Assembly (NCBI GenBank): GCA_025201805.1
Contig: MU619277.1
Span: 155,712-219,711 of the forward strand
Reading direction: 5' to 3'
Length of the DNA: 64,000 bases
Source of the DNA: Parasitella parasitica NRRL 2501
Lineage: Eukaryota > Fungi > Mucoromycota
Shown: one piece after another, positions 49,866 through 61,215 of the stretch
Position numbering within the stretch: position 1 is the first letter of the stretch
Layout of the letters: the number at the start of each line of letters is the position of its first letter
Notes under the pieces: model-generated
The model's input: only the letters and a program-made list of their open reading frames with translations
What the model was told of the DNA's origin: nothing
The model's database searches: none
Position numbers and translations under genes: made by a program

Positions 49866-51638
49866 TTAATGCATCGCCTTCTCATTGTAAGAGATGATCG
49901 TGGTCTCGTTGAGACTACGAGTGCTAATGTTGTCAACGATATGATCTTGAGAAGCAGTTCTCTTCTCTTGCTCTTCTCCTCCGTGAATAACATCTTCAGG
50001 CTCTTTGTTTTCGAAATCATATTCATCCTCATGCCAATCGAAAGGCTGGCTCTTGGCTTTGGCAACCAAATAACGAATCCAGGTAGGTAAGAAAGGACGA
50101 CTCAAGGCAGCGGTCCACCAATCTTCACGCTGAGAGTAATCGGGACGAATGTAACCATGAGAGAGCTTATCAACCAGGTAAACGAAACCGTTGATGACAA
50201 TGTAAGAGATGATACCACCAATGACACCATATGCAATAGAGTAGGTGAATGGCATGACAGTCAAGGTAATGAAGGCCGGGATGGCATCGCCGGGATAGTC
50301 CCAGTTGATATTACGAACGCCTGAAAGCATCATGGAGCCAACAACAATCAATGCAGGGCCAGTAGACCATGGAGGGAAACTAGCAAAGATAGGCGAAAAG
50401 AAAATACTGACGAAAAAACCAAACGCAGTAGCAATAGCAGTAATACCAGTACGACCACCTTCAGCAATGCCAGCACCAGACTCAACAAAAGCTGTACAGG
50501 GGGAGCTACCAAAACAAGCACCAATCGAAATAGAAGCAGCATCAGTCATAAAGGCATAGGTGGAATGCTCAAAATCACCAGCCTTGTCAGTGAAACCACC
50601 ATAGTTGGCCATGGAATACATGGTACCAGTAGTATCCATTATATCGACATAGAGGAAAGTGATTAAAGCAATCCAAATATCCTTTCCATTCAAATTAAAG
50701 TCAAATTTACCAAGAACATGATCCATTTTGTGCACAGAAACAACATTCTTGAAAAAATCAAACATGAGGTCACCCTGAGTGGTATAGGGAAAGTAAGTGA
50801 CAGCATTGTTACGAGGCCATGAGGTGATAGCAATGAAAACAATAGAGATCAGAATAGCGCCACGGACGCGGTAAAGTAGTAAGATGGCCATAACGACAAG
50901 ACCGAGCATACCCATATAAGTAGTGCCATTAGTCATACGACCCCATTGACAGACACCGTCAGCACTGAGAGCCTCTGGAGGACAAGCACCAAGAGTAACT
51001 AGGGTAGATAAATCAAGTCTAACAAGCCCGATACCAGCAGATGATTGAAGACCAATAAAACAGAGATAGAGACCAATACCACAACCCATAGCAATTTTAA
51101 TACTCATAGGGATGATACGAGCAAGCCATTGACGGATACCGAAAATAGACAGCACCAAGAAGATGATGCCTTCAATAAACACAGCAGCCAAAGCAGTTTC
51201 ATAACTGACTTTACCAGAGCCATGATAGCCAACGACAGTGTATGTGAAATATGCATTAAGACCCATACCAGGAGCCATACCGATGGGCAAATTGGCGCAA
51301 ACACCAATCAAAAAACTGGAGATCAAAGCAATGATGGTTGTGCCCATAATCATGTCTAGTTTGACTTGATAAACACAAGCCATGTAGTCGTCATTTAAAT
51401 CGCAAGTGGGATCAGTTTCTGTGCCTACACATTCACAAGTTCCACCGCTATCACTGATAATGGAAGCATTGACTGAAATAATATAAGCCATGGCGAAAAA
51501 TGTGGTTAACCCAGCACGGATTTCTGTCATAAATCTTGTGCCTTTTCTTTCACGTCTGGCACCAGATCCATCCAATTGGAAGAACTTGCCGACTCGAGAC
51601 TGAGCAACAAAATCATTGACACTGTCAACCCAAGTCAT
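49866..51638 (-). CDS. azgA: AzgA-family (NCS2) purine permease, intronless; start at MTWVDSV
   Basis: EIRAGLTTFFAMAYII, ANLPIGMAPGMGLNAYF, DTTGT, FVESGAGIAEGGRTG and MPFTYSIAYG. Confidence 0.93.
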   Translation of the reverse strand: MTWVDSVNDFVAQSRVGKFFQLDGSGARRERKGTRFMTEIRAGLTTFFAMAYIISVNASIISDSGGTCECVGTETDPTCDLNDDYMACVYQVKLDMIMGTTIIALISSFLIGVCANLPIGMAPGMGLNAYFTYTVVGYHGSGKVSYETALAAVFIEGIIFLVLSIFGIRQWLARIIPMSIKIAMGCGIGLYLCFIGLQSSAGIGLVRLDLSTLVTLGACPPEALSADGVCQWGRMTNGTTYMGMLGLVVMAILLLYRVRGAILISIVFIAITSWPRNNAVTYFPYTTQGDLMFDFFKNVVSVHKMDHVLGKFDFNLNGKDIWIALITFLYVDIMDTTGTMYSMANYGGFTDKAGDFEHSTYAFMTDAASISIGACFGSSPCTAFVESGAGIAEGGRTGITAIATAFGFFVSIFFSPIFASFPPWSTGPALIVVGSMMLSGVRNINWDYPGDAIPAFITLTVMPFTYSIAYGVIGGIISYIVINGFVYLVDKLSHGYIRPDYSQREDWWTAALSRPFLPTWIRYLVAKAKSQPFDWHEDEYDFENKEPEDVIHGGEEQEKRTASQDHIVDNISTRSLNETTIISYNEKAMH

Positions 51639-52894
51639 TTTTGATTTTTTAAAAAAAAAAGGAAGAGATAAACTGGAAGAAGAGATCTTAAAGGTTGTAA
51701 TAGGAATCTTCATTTGGTATTTATAGCGTCTTTCGATTTTATTGTTGCAATTTTGATTTGATTAGGTTTAGGGATAGATGCAACAAGAGATTGGTTCTAA
51801 CATACTCCGCAATTTCGGATTAGAGATGTGGTTTAACTTTTTTTTTTACAAATGTGTAACATGGTTCTTATGGTTGATACGAGTGTCTCCGTGTTATTCT
51901 ATAGTATAATTAAGAATTTGTAAGTCGGAAGATATAGCAAATCATTGATGTTCGACTTGAAGTGAAATGAGATTGATAATGATATAATAGTGATATAGTT
52001 TATCATAGCATACAAAGATCGGTTATCTACATGGTACAAAAAAAAAAAGCTTATCCTCACATTTTTGGTTCAAGATTGTCTATAAGAAATGAATTGGTGT
52101 CATTATCTCACACTCTAGGTGTTTAAAGTTTGTACTCAATTTCTATCAAGAATATATTGCGTACGAGTTGATCTGAAAAAACAACGTCTATATAAATATA
52201 TAGTTGATCTGTTTTCTACTTCTTGTGTGGTATATTCTCTTTTCCAAACGATGAATAACAGATTGACCGGAAGTCATCTCTCGTTTGGTTCTTTTTCTTC
52301 TAAAATGGAGCTGCATTCAATAAGTGGTTTATTTCATAATTTTTTTTTGTTACTGTGAATACAAAATTTGACCATTCATTTCCGTTGGTTTTGTTCTACT
52401 TTTGGATGCTGAAAGGACCTTCTCCCTATCCATAGTTTCGATCTGACAATTATATAAAACTCTGAGTAGCAATGGATTTATAGTAAATCTCAAAAAGGAT
52501 AAAACACATGGTTTCACATTTTGTGCATCGTTGTTCTACATTTGAACTCTTCAATGTAGGAATACAATCTCAGTTTTGTTATTTCTTCATGTCTCTCTTG
52601 CACTGTACATATATCTAAGCTATCCAAAAAATCTTGGTTGCAAGTATTATATCAAGAGGAATTGACTCTATGTTTGTCTAGACATTTCTTTGACAAGATG
52701 GTGTCGATCGCAACCATAGAGACCAGGCAAGCTACCCCAACGTCACAAAGCGAAAAGAACTCTGTACACTGAGTTGCAAACATTGTCAATTTTTTCCAAG
52801 AAGCAAAAGGTGGGGACCCCTAGGCAAATTATCATTAATCTTCTTTCAAGGACAACCTGCTCTTATTTTTTTTCACCATTTACTTTCATAAAAC

Positions 52895-53882
52895 ATGGCC
52901 ACCCGTGCTTTTTATAAGGCAACTTCTTCTTCCAAAGGCATAACAGCAGCTCGCTCAAGTAATTTTAGGCATCAAAGATTAAGGATTAATGATATTAAAC
53001 TTCTCTTAAAGGCCGCTTTGTTAGACCTCTGTCAACTGTCAAATCCTTGAGACAGCCATCAGCTTCAACCGTGGATGAAAAGATTTCTCCTGAATCACTT
53101 GGTAAGGTGAGCACTGTTGTTTGCCAGCATTTTCTAACGCTGTAACAGTTCCTCCCACATCTATCCCTCTCAAAAAGTCTATCCGACAAGCAGTTGCTTC
53201 GGCAGTCGAGCCCATCACACCCTACAACATGACAATTCCCAAATTAATAGCAGCTGGACTTCATCTTGGACACTCTACCAGTTTATGGGAACCTGCTACC
53301 CTCCCTTTCATCTTTGGTACTCGTGAAGGTATTAGTATCATTAATTTGGAGCACACCCTGGTCTATTTAAGAAGAGCTTGTAATGTTGCTCGCGAAGTAG
53401 CCCTTCGAGGTGGCTCTATCTTGTTTGTCGGTACTCGCCCTGGCTTCCAAGATTTAACTATCGAAGCAGCACGTTATTGTGATGGATTTCATGTATCATC
53501 TAAATGGATTCCCGGTACATTGACCAATAGACACCAAGTTTTGGGTCGCCATGCATCACCCGATCCAGAGGATCCTGGACGTCCACCAAAGACTTACAAG
53601 CCTGATTTGATTGTCTTGTTGAATCCATTGGAACATAAAATTGCAATTTCAGAAGCTCAATTAAACAACATCCCCATTATTGCTATCACAGACACAGATT
53701 ATGATCCTCGTCTTGTGTCATATCCTATTCCTGCCAATGATGATTCAATTAGAGGCGTAGAATTAGTTGCTAAAGTCTTGTCAACTGCTGCAAGGGATGG
53801 GCTGCATAGAAGAAAACAGCTACTTGATCAAAAGGAAAAGGAAAAGAAATTGCTTAGAAAACAACACTCTACCAAATATTAA
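52895..53882 (+). CDS. MRP4: Mitochondrial ribosomal protein uS2m (Mrp4), 3 exons
   Basis: Arg/Ser/Ala-rich presequence; LIAAGLHLGH, IINLEHT, ILFVGTR, KWIPGTLTN, DTD.DP and YPIPANDDS. Confidence 0.92.
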
Positions 53883-56717
53883 AAAGGATGTACAAATTAT
53901 AGCTGGATTTCTCGTATATAAATTTTCAAATGTATAGAAGATTATAAAACGCTAAAAACATTTATGGTTATATTGTTCGCTTCAATCAATGGAGATATAG
54001 GGATGGTTGTTTTTATTTTTTTACGCTTATATAATATCAAAGTACAAGAAGTGAATATATTATAACAAATATCATCAAAAAGTAGCCTCCCTATGACCTA
54101 GATTATTATAAGTAATGGCCTGGCATAATATAATTATTGTCAAGAGGTTCGCTCTATGTCTTAATAAAAATACGTTTCTTGTGCTGTGTATACATCATTT
54201 CACTGTTGCAATATGTTTGATGTACATGTGTCTAGAACAAGCCTCCAATGTTTTCTATTTTGTCGCTTTATACACAACGTTTCAATAACACGTAGCAATT
54301 CTGAAAAATCAGTTCGAAAGCAATTTAAACTTTGTATGATTTGCAACAAGTGTATGATAGATTTAGCTTATTTCAAACTGGGAATTGCCGCACTTATTAT
54401 ATAAATATCTATGCAGACCACCCGTGAACTTCGTTTATGGTTATCAAACGTCAATATGAAAAATTTATTAGAGACATCATATACACAGTAGGTTTTGTTT
54501 AACTACTACTATCTTGTTGTCCCCATGTATGAGTTTTATTCGATTTAGCTTGCTTCTCATCATTTTTATCCAACTTATTGAAAGATGTACCCAAAAAATC
54601 ATATTCATCGACTTTGCTTATATGCCATTCCATGCAACTTTATTATAAGATAGTGGCTTTATTTAGCAGAGCAGCAAAGCTTTTCATGACTAGCAACCGA
54701 GCTTATTGAGTAGTTTGATGTTGATTTGAGCATGGTTTACCAGTTGGCTAACGAAGTAGAGCTTTCGAAATTTAAGAAATTTTAGTATATTTCTCCTATT
54801 AATATGTTTTATTCATTTGATAATAATATTTAACAATGATATTTGAAAGTTATTGATAAATTGGACTCAAATGATAACTGATAATGATGCACGGCAAAAT
54901 TGTCAATACTGAACACTTCCTACACAATTAATAAAAATCTCACACAACTCTATAACAATAATAAAGAAAGGTAGTCTATATTATCAAGCATAATTTTATA
55001 GCAATCAAACTGGAACTACATTAACTCAACATTTTTTTTGTAAGATAGTTACTTAAAACAAGCGAATATGTTAAGTTCTATCGAAAATTTCTCTGCTGCT
55101 ATATTTTACCTCTTTTTCATCAGCGTCAAGCAACACTTGAACATACAAAATTTGGGAAATAAAAAAAAAACTAAATATATTTAAACTCCGACTCGACGTT
55201 GTTCGAAAATTTCGAAAACTTAGTTGAAGGCAATGTAATTCAAATGAAGATTGAAGATTGTCCAATGATGTGATATGATACGCTTATGTAAACTAGAGAA
55301 TGAAGTCTCTGTTTCAAATCAAGAAGGTTATTCCTGTAAGTAACGCAGATTTGAGCACTAGGATAAAGGTTAAGGTAATGTCAGATCAAAGACGTGTAGC
55401 CTTTGCTGTATAACCATACATCGTACCCTGTCAAATAGATTGTCACTGTGAATTAGTCTTGTCAATTAGTAATCTAAATAAGTCTCCATGAATTTATGTA
55501 GTTGTAAAAAGTATAAATAGCAGATGCAATTTCGATCTCATATAAAGTATCTTAAAATTTTCACATCTTATTAACTTTTGTCTCTATTATCTTTTTTGAT
55601 CCAACAATAGATCCGATTTGGTACAGTTGCCATGACCAACAAATCATAACAATTTTAACCATTGTATTCAAGGGATACCACACAGACTTATCCCCACACC
55701 CTTATTGCCTTATATTTTTTGTGTGTTGCACCTGAGAAGCATGAATAATATTTGTAAGTGGCCTGAATTATAAAAGTATAGCTGCTTCTGACGGGAAGCC
55801 TTTCATATAATTAAGCGACCTGTTAAATTTATATACATGTGTATCAAATAGTCTTATTTATAACATTATGCATCAAAACATATACATTTCATTTTCTTCT
55901 GAATGACAATCTGGTTGGGTGGATTTACTTGGTTGTCAAATGTGACAATAACAATCATATCACAAAAATGTCGAGAGTAGCTCGAATTTAAGATTTTCTA
56001 TCCGTATATTTGCCGCTTGTTATCAATAATATATCTACAGCGGACGTTGTGAATTGCAATATGTGTGATGTTTTTGACCTATACATTGCATAAACGACCG
56101 TATGCAGTAATACATTTATTTGAACCTGACACCTGGGGTTATACTGCGATCCAGCGTTAATGAACAGTGCCAGCCCTCGGTGCGCTTTTTTATTGTTACT
56201 TTGTAGCGCTTTGGTAAGTTTCTCAACATTCAACGTAGTTGAATGAAAACATCCATTAAAGCAGTGTAAAGTAGCTTAGTTTAGTTCTTTATAACGCTTT
56301 ATTTCATTAAATCTACTAAAACAAGTATCCTTTATTTTTTAATACTTATTTCTACTCAGATAATGAGTCTATAAATCTTTTGCTTGCAGCTCTCGTGTTG
56401 ATATGATCTGTCAATAGCGTGCTGTCATCCAATAGCACCAAACTACTGCAGTATAGGCAAAAAAGGAAATCTATAAATATGATCCATAAAGAGTTGCTGT
56501 ACATTTTAAAATTAGTATAGGATTTTTACTCTTTCAGCCTCTTTTGTATGTGTGTTATATTCAAATAGCATGATGCCTTGATAGCTGAAGTTCACTGCTT
56601 CTGATGTATCAACAGTCACTTGGTAAAAAAAAAAGTTTTCAAAAAGGGAGATGTCCCTTTCTCGTTTTTTTTTTTTTTTTTTTTTTTTTTTGAACCAGCA
56701 AGAAATTAAGTTACAAA

Positions 56718-59700
56718 ATGGACCAAAATACAGCTTATCAGTTATTTGTTGCCACCTATCACCCCGATCCAAATGTTCATAAGCAGGCAGAACTAAATAT
56801 TAGAAATGTAAGTTTTCTTCTTGTTTCTGTTATCGTGGGTTTGAAGAAAAAGGCATTTACATGCTTTTTTTTTGTTGTTATTAGGTTGAAGCTAATAACG
56901 GTTTTTTGCCTATTGTTTTGCAAATCATTGCTTCTGAAGAACTTGATGTGGGCGCACGCCAAGCTGGTAAATAAGTATATAAAAAAAAGGCTCTCTCGCT
57001 CCCACGACTGATGTAAATATTGTTGATAGCTGCCATTTATTTTAAAAACCGTTTGAATAAAGCCTGGGATGGTGAACGTGAATCTGCAGTACCTATTAAT
57101 AATGACGATCGTAGCATGGTCAAGCAAACGATTCTACAAGCGTTAATTACTGCTCCTAGCCAAGTCAAGTATGTTTTATATACACATTGGTTGTGTTGAT
57201 TTATTGATCTAGTGAGATTTTTTTATAGGGTGCAACTTACTTCTACCTTAAACACCATTTTAACCAACGATTATCCAGACAACTGGCCCAATTTTGTTAG
57301 CGAGCTCGAGAGACTTTTAACGTCTACCGATCTTCGTTTAGTCTATGTTGGTTTGTTAGCTTTGCGTGAGGTTGTTCGGGTTTATCAGTGAGTTTTCAAT
57401 TTAAACAATGAAAATTGTAAAGTTATTAACTTTTTTTTGTCCCACAGATGGAGAACAGGCACCAAACGTGAACCTTTTAGACAATTGATCAAATTGACTT
57501 TCCCCGCTATCCAAAATATTTGTTCTGGGCTCGTTTCCTCTGATAGCATAGAAGCAGCCGAGATGCTTAAATTAACTCTCAAGATCTACCATGCTGGCAT
57601 TCAAGCTGAACTTCCCAAAAGCCTTCAAGATCCCAATTCTCTCGTACCTTGGGGCACCTTGTTTCTGCAATTAATCGAAAAACAGATTCCTAACGAAGCA
57701 TTACCTACGGATGCTGATGAACGCGAACGATTCCCATGGTGGAAAACGAAAAAATGGGCGTATCACTGTCTTAATCGTCTCTTTTCAAAGTATGGTAATC
57801 TCGCCACCATGCCTCGTAGCACGCCTGAATACAATGCGTTTGCAAAGTCATTCTCTGCCAATTTCGCACCCAACATTTTGCAAGCCTATTTAGCCCAAAT
57901 TGAATTGTGGATCAAGAAAGAAATCTGGATTCCTAGTAAATGTTTGGCCTTGACATCCTCTTTTTTTGCTGATTGTGTCAAAAACAAGACCACTTGGCAA
58001 ATGCTGAAGCCTCATGTCGAATTGTTGATAGCTCACTTTATTTTTCCACAATTGTGTTTCTCTGATGAAGATCAGGAACTTTGGGATGAAGATCCTGTTG
58101 AATATGTTCACAAGAAAGTGGATCCCTTGGAAGATTTCCATTCACCTCAAACCAACGCCATGAACTTTTTAATTGATTTGGCTCGCGATCGTAAAAAATA
58201 TACGTTTATGGGTATTTTGAACTTTGTCAATAGTGTTCTCAACAAATATTTGGAAGCTCCTGAAGATCAAAAGAACCCCAAGGAAAAGGACGGTGCTCTG
58301 TGTATGATTGGTGGGTTAGCCTACCAAGTGCTGCAGAAGAAATCTCCAGTCGCCAGTATGATGGAGCCCTTCTTTGTAACTCATGTGTTCCCCGAATTCA
58401 AGAGCAAGTATCCCTTCTTGAGAGCCCGTGCCTGTGATCTCACAAGACACTTTAGCGATTTGGATTTCGCCAGCGAACAGAATCTGGCTACTTTGTATCA
58501 ATGCGTTATTGAATGTATCCGGGATTCTGAATTGGCCGTCAAAGTACAAGCCGCTCTTGCTCTGCAGCCCATGATTCGCCACGAAAGCGTTCGCAATGCT
58601 ATGGCCCCCAACTTGCCCTTTATCATGCAAGAATTACTGAACTTGACCAACGAAATTGACATTGACACATTGGCTAACGTGATGGAAGAATTCGTTGAAG
58701 TATTTGCCGAGCAATTAACACCTTTTGCTGTCCAACTCTGCACACAATTGCGCGACACTTTCTTACGTATTATGGAAGAATTGAACCAAAGCAACACATT
58801 AACCAGTGCTGATGATGACGAATTTACAGGCGATATCGACGAACTGAGTGATAAAACTATGGCTGCTATGGGTGTTTTGAAGACCATTGGTACATTGATC
58901 CTCAGTCTGGAAAGCACACCTGAAATACTTCAACAATTGGAAAATGCACTGCTGCCTGTCATCACGTACACTTTGGAAAAAAAGATTCTGGATTTGTACG
59001 ATGAAATCTTTGAAATTATTGACTCTTGCACCTTCTCAGCCAAGCGAGTTACACCTACCATGTGGAGCGTCTTTGAATTGATCTACGCAGCTTTCAAGGA
59101 TTCCGGCATTGACTATATGGAAGAAATGCTGCCTCCTTTGGACAACTATATTTCTTATGGTAAAGACGTGTTTGTCTCTAACGAGCATGTTCAGCGCATG
59201 ATGTTTGATATCATTGATACTGTCATGAAGAGTGATCGTGTTGGGGAAACTGACCGCATCTGTGCCTGCAAACTGATGGAGTCCGTCTTGTTGAATTGCC
59301 GTGGCCATGTTGATATGTGTCTTGGACATTTCCTCAATTTAGCGTTCCAATACATATTTACTGGATCTATGAAAACGACTGAATTCAAGGTTCACTGCAT
59401 CGAAGTTGTTGTCAACTGCATTTACTACAACCCTGCCTTGACACTGCGACTTTTGGAAGAAAACAACTGGACTCAAGGTTTCTTTACTTTGTGGTTTAAC
59501 ACTCTTTCCAAATTCTCTCGTGTTCATGACAAGAAACTCGTTATTGTCGCACTCTGTTCATTGCTGGAATTGCCTACAGATTTGATTCCTGCATCGCTCC
59601 AGTCAGGGTGGTCTCAAATTTTAGCTTGTATGCTTAGTGTATTCGAAACCTTACCGAAAGCCATGGAGAACCGCGAAAGCATGGAGAAGCTGTATGGATC

Positions 59701-60154
59701 ATTTGATGATGAGGATTTTGGTGAAGATGGATACAGTGGATTTGAAGCGCCCAGTGGAGACGAAGAAGAGAATGACGAGGGCATTGAGGATGAAGATGTG
59801 CCTGATCAAGACAACGAGTACCTCGAATATCTTGCCAGTCAAGCAGCATCACATTCAGGAGCTGATGGATACAGTGACCTTGAAGATGATGAAGAGGAAG
59901 AGATGGAAGAAGAGATCTTGTTTGAATCACCATTAGATGAAGTTGACCCATACATTCGCTTTGAACAAGTATTCAGAGACATGCAATCTCGTAACACTGC
60001 TTCTTATACCCTATTAACAAAGGATTTAACTGCTAATCAACAAAACCAAATTATGGCTGTATTATCAACTTCTGAACAACATCGCAACACTGCGAACAAC
60101 GCTGCTGCCACTGCTGCTTCTGCTATCCCTGCTTCCTCTTCTTCCTCGGCTTAA
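56718..60154 (+). CDS. NMD5: Importin-7/8 family karyopherin (Nmd5/Sxm1-like), 5 exons
   Basis: IBN_N (RQAAAIYFKN), PWWKTKKW, DPVEYV, FLRARAC, RVHDKKL, acidic C-terminal tail and ESPLD. Confidence 0.92.
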
Positions 60155-61215
60155 ATCAAGAAAAAAAAACCAGTGCTTCCAGTGCCAAACAGCACTTTTA
60201 AAAACACCTTGCGCTGTTGAACTTCTCAATTGGCGCATTTTATAGAACCCTATTTGCGCTCTTGGCAATTTCAAAAACGTACTTAAATAACATTGAAGAT
60301 CAAAATGATTGATATATGGTTTATTAGAGAGGCTCCATTTCGGAGACATTTTTCAATCAATAATGTTAATTTTTATTTTTATTTTTATTTTCATTTTTGT
60401 TATTTTGCATTGTTTCCAGTGGTACAGCCGTTGTTTGCAGGAGCAAACATTAGCGCCCATGTACAACCAAAAAAAATTTGCCTGGACTAGAAATAATGTC
60501 CCAACCAGCCTTAATATTGTCTCCACCAATATCGGCTTTCAGGCATTTGCAGATGCATTTCACGGCCAAACGCTAGGCAGCAATAGTTTTTACGGAATTA
60601 TTTCGAAAACTTGTACAGAACCTTATGTTTTACAATCCTTTCTCAAACTGAGATTGGTTTTGGCCAATATCCCTGGATCTAGTACAATTCATCCTGCTCT
60701 ACAGATTATTGCAGTTCTTTTAAATAGAAGGTTTTCCCGTATGTCTGATCTGTTAGCGATAAGAGAATGCTTTGTTTCTGCTCTACTCAAATGAAGAAGT
60801 TTCCATCTGGAAAGATATCATCAGAGCTTGCTCTTCGTTGTGGATCAAGCCCATGTTTGTGGAAAAAAAAAAAAAAAAAAATTAAAACCATTATTGCTGG
60901 GAGTGTGATACGCGAGGTAAGTGAAAAGTGTCTTGCTTCCTTGTTGAATACGTAATTTGGGTTTTGTCAAAAGCAATTGAAGCTTAAACGCCCTTTGACA
61001 TTAGAGGCACTGTCTCCTTAATGAATATACATTTAGATGGCTTGTTGGATTTCATTATGCCCTATAAATGTAAGTGTTGGATACATCAAAAAATTTTGTG
61101 TCGGGCGTTCAACAATGATGTATTCATCAAATAGATTGATGAAGCTGCTTTTCCATTTATTTCTTTTGCTTTGTTATTGCTAATCAACGAAAAAGAATAA
61201 ATCCTATCGGGAATC

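Noticed and set aside
51639-51713. N-terminal extension of the AzgA ORF (MKIPITT...)
   Set aside because: It runs through a pyrimidine/poly-T leader. The ATG at 51638 has the AAAA-ATG context and begins the homologous region.
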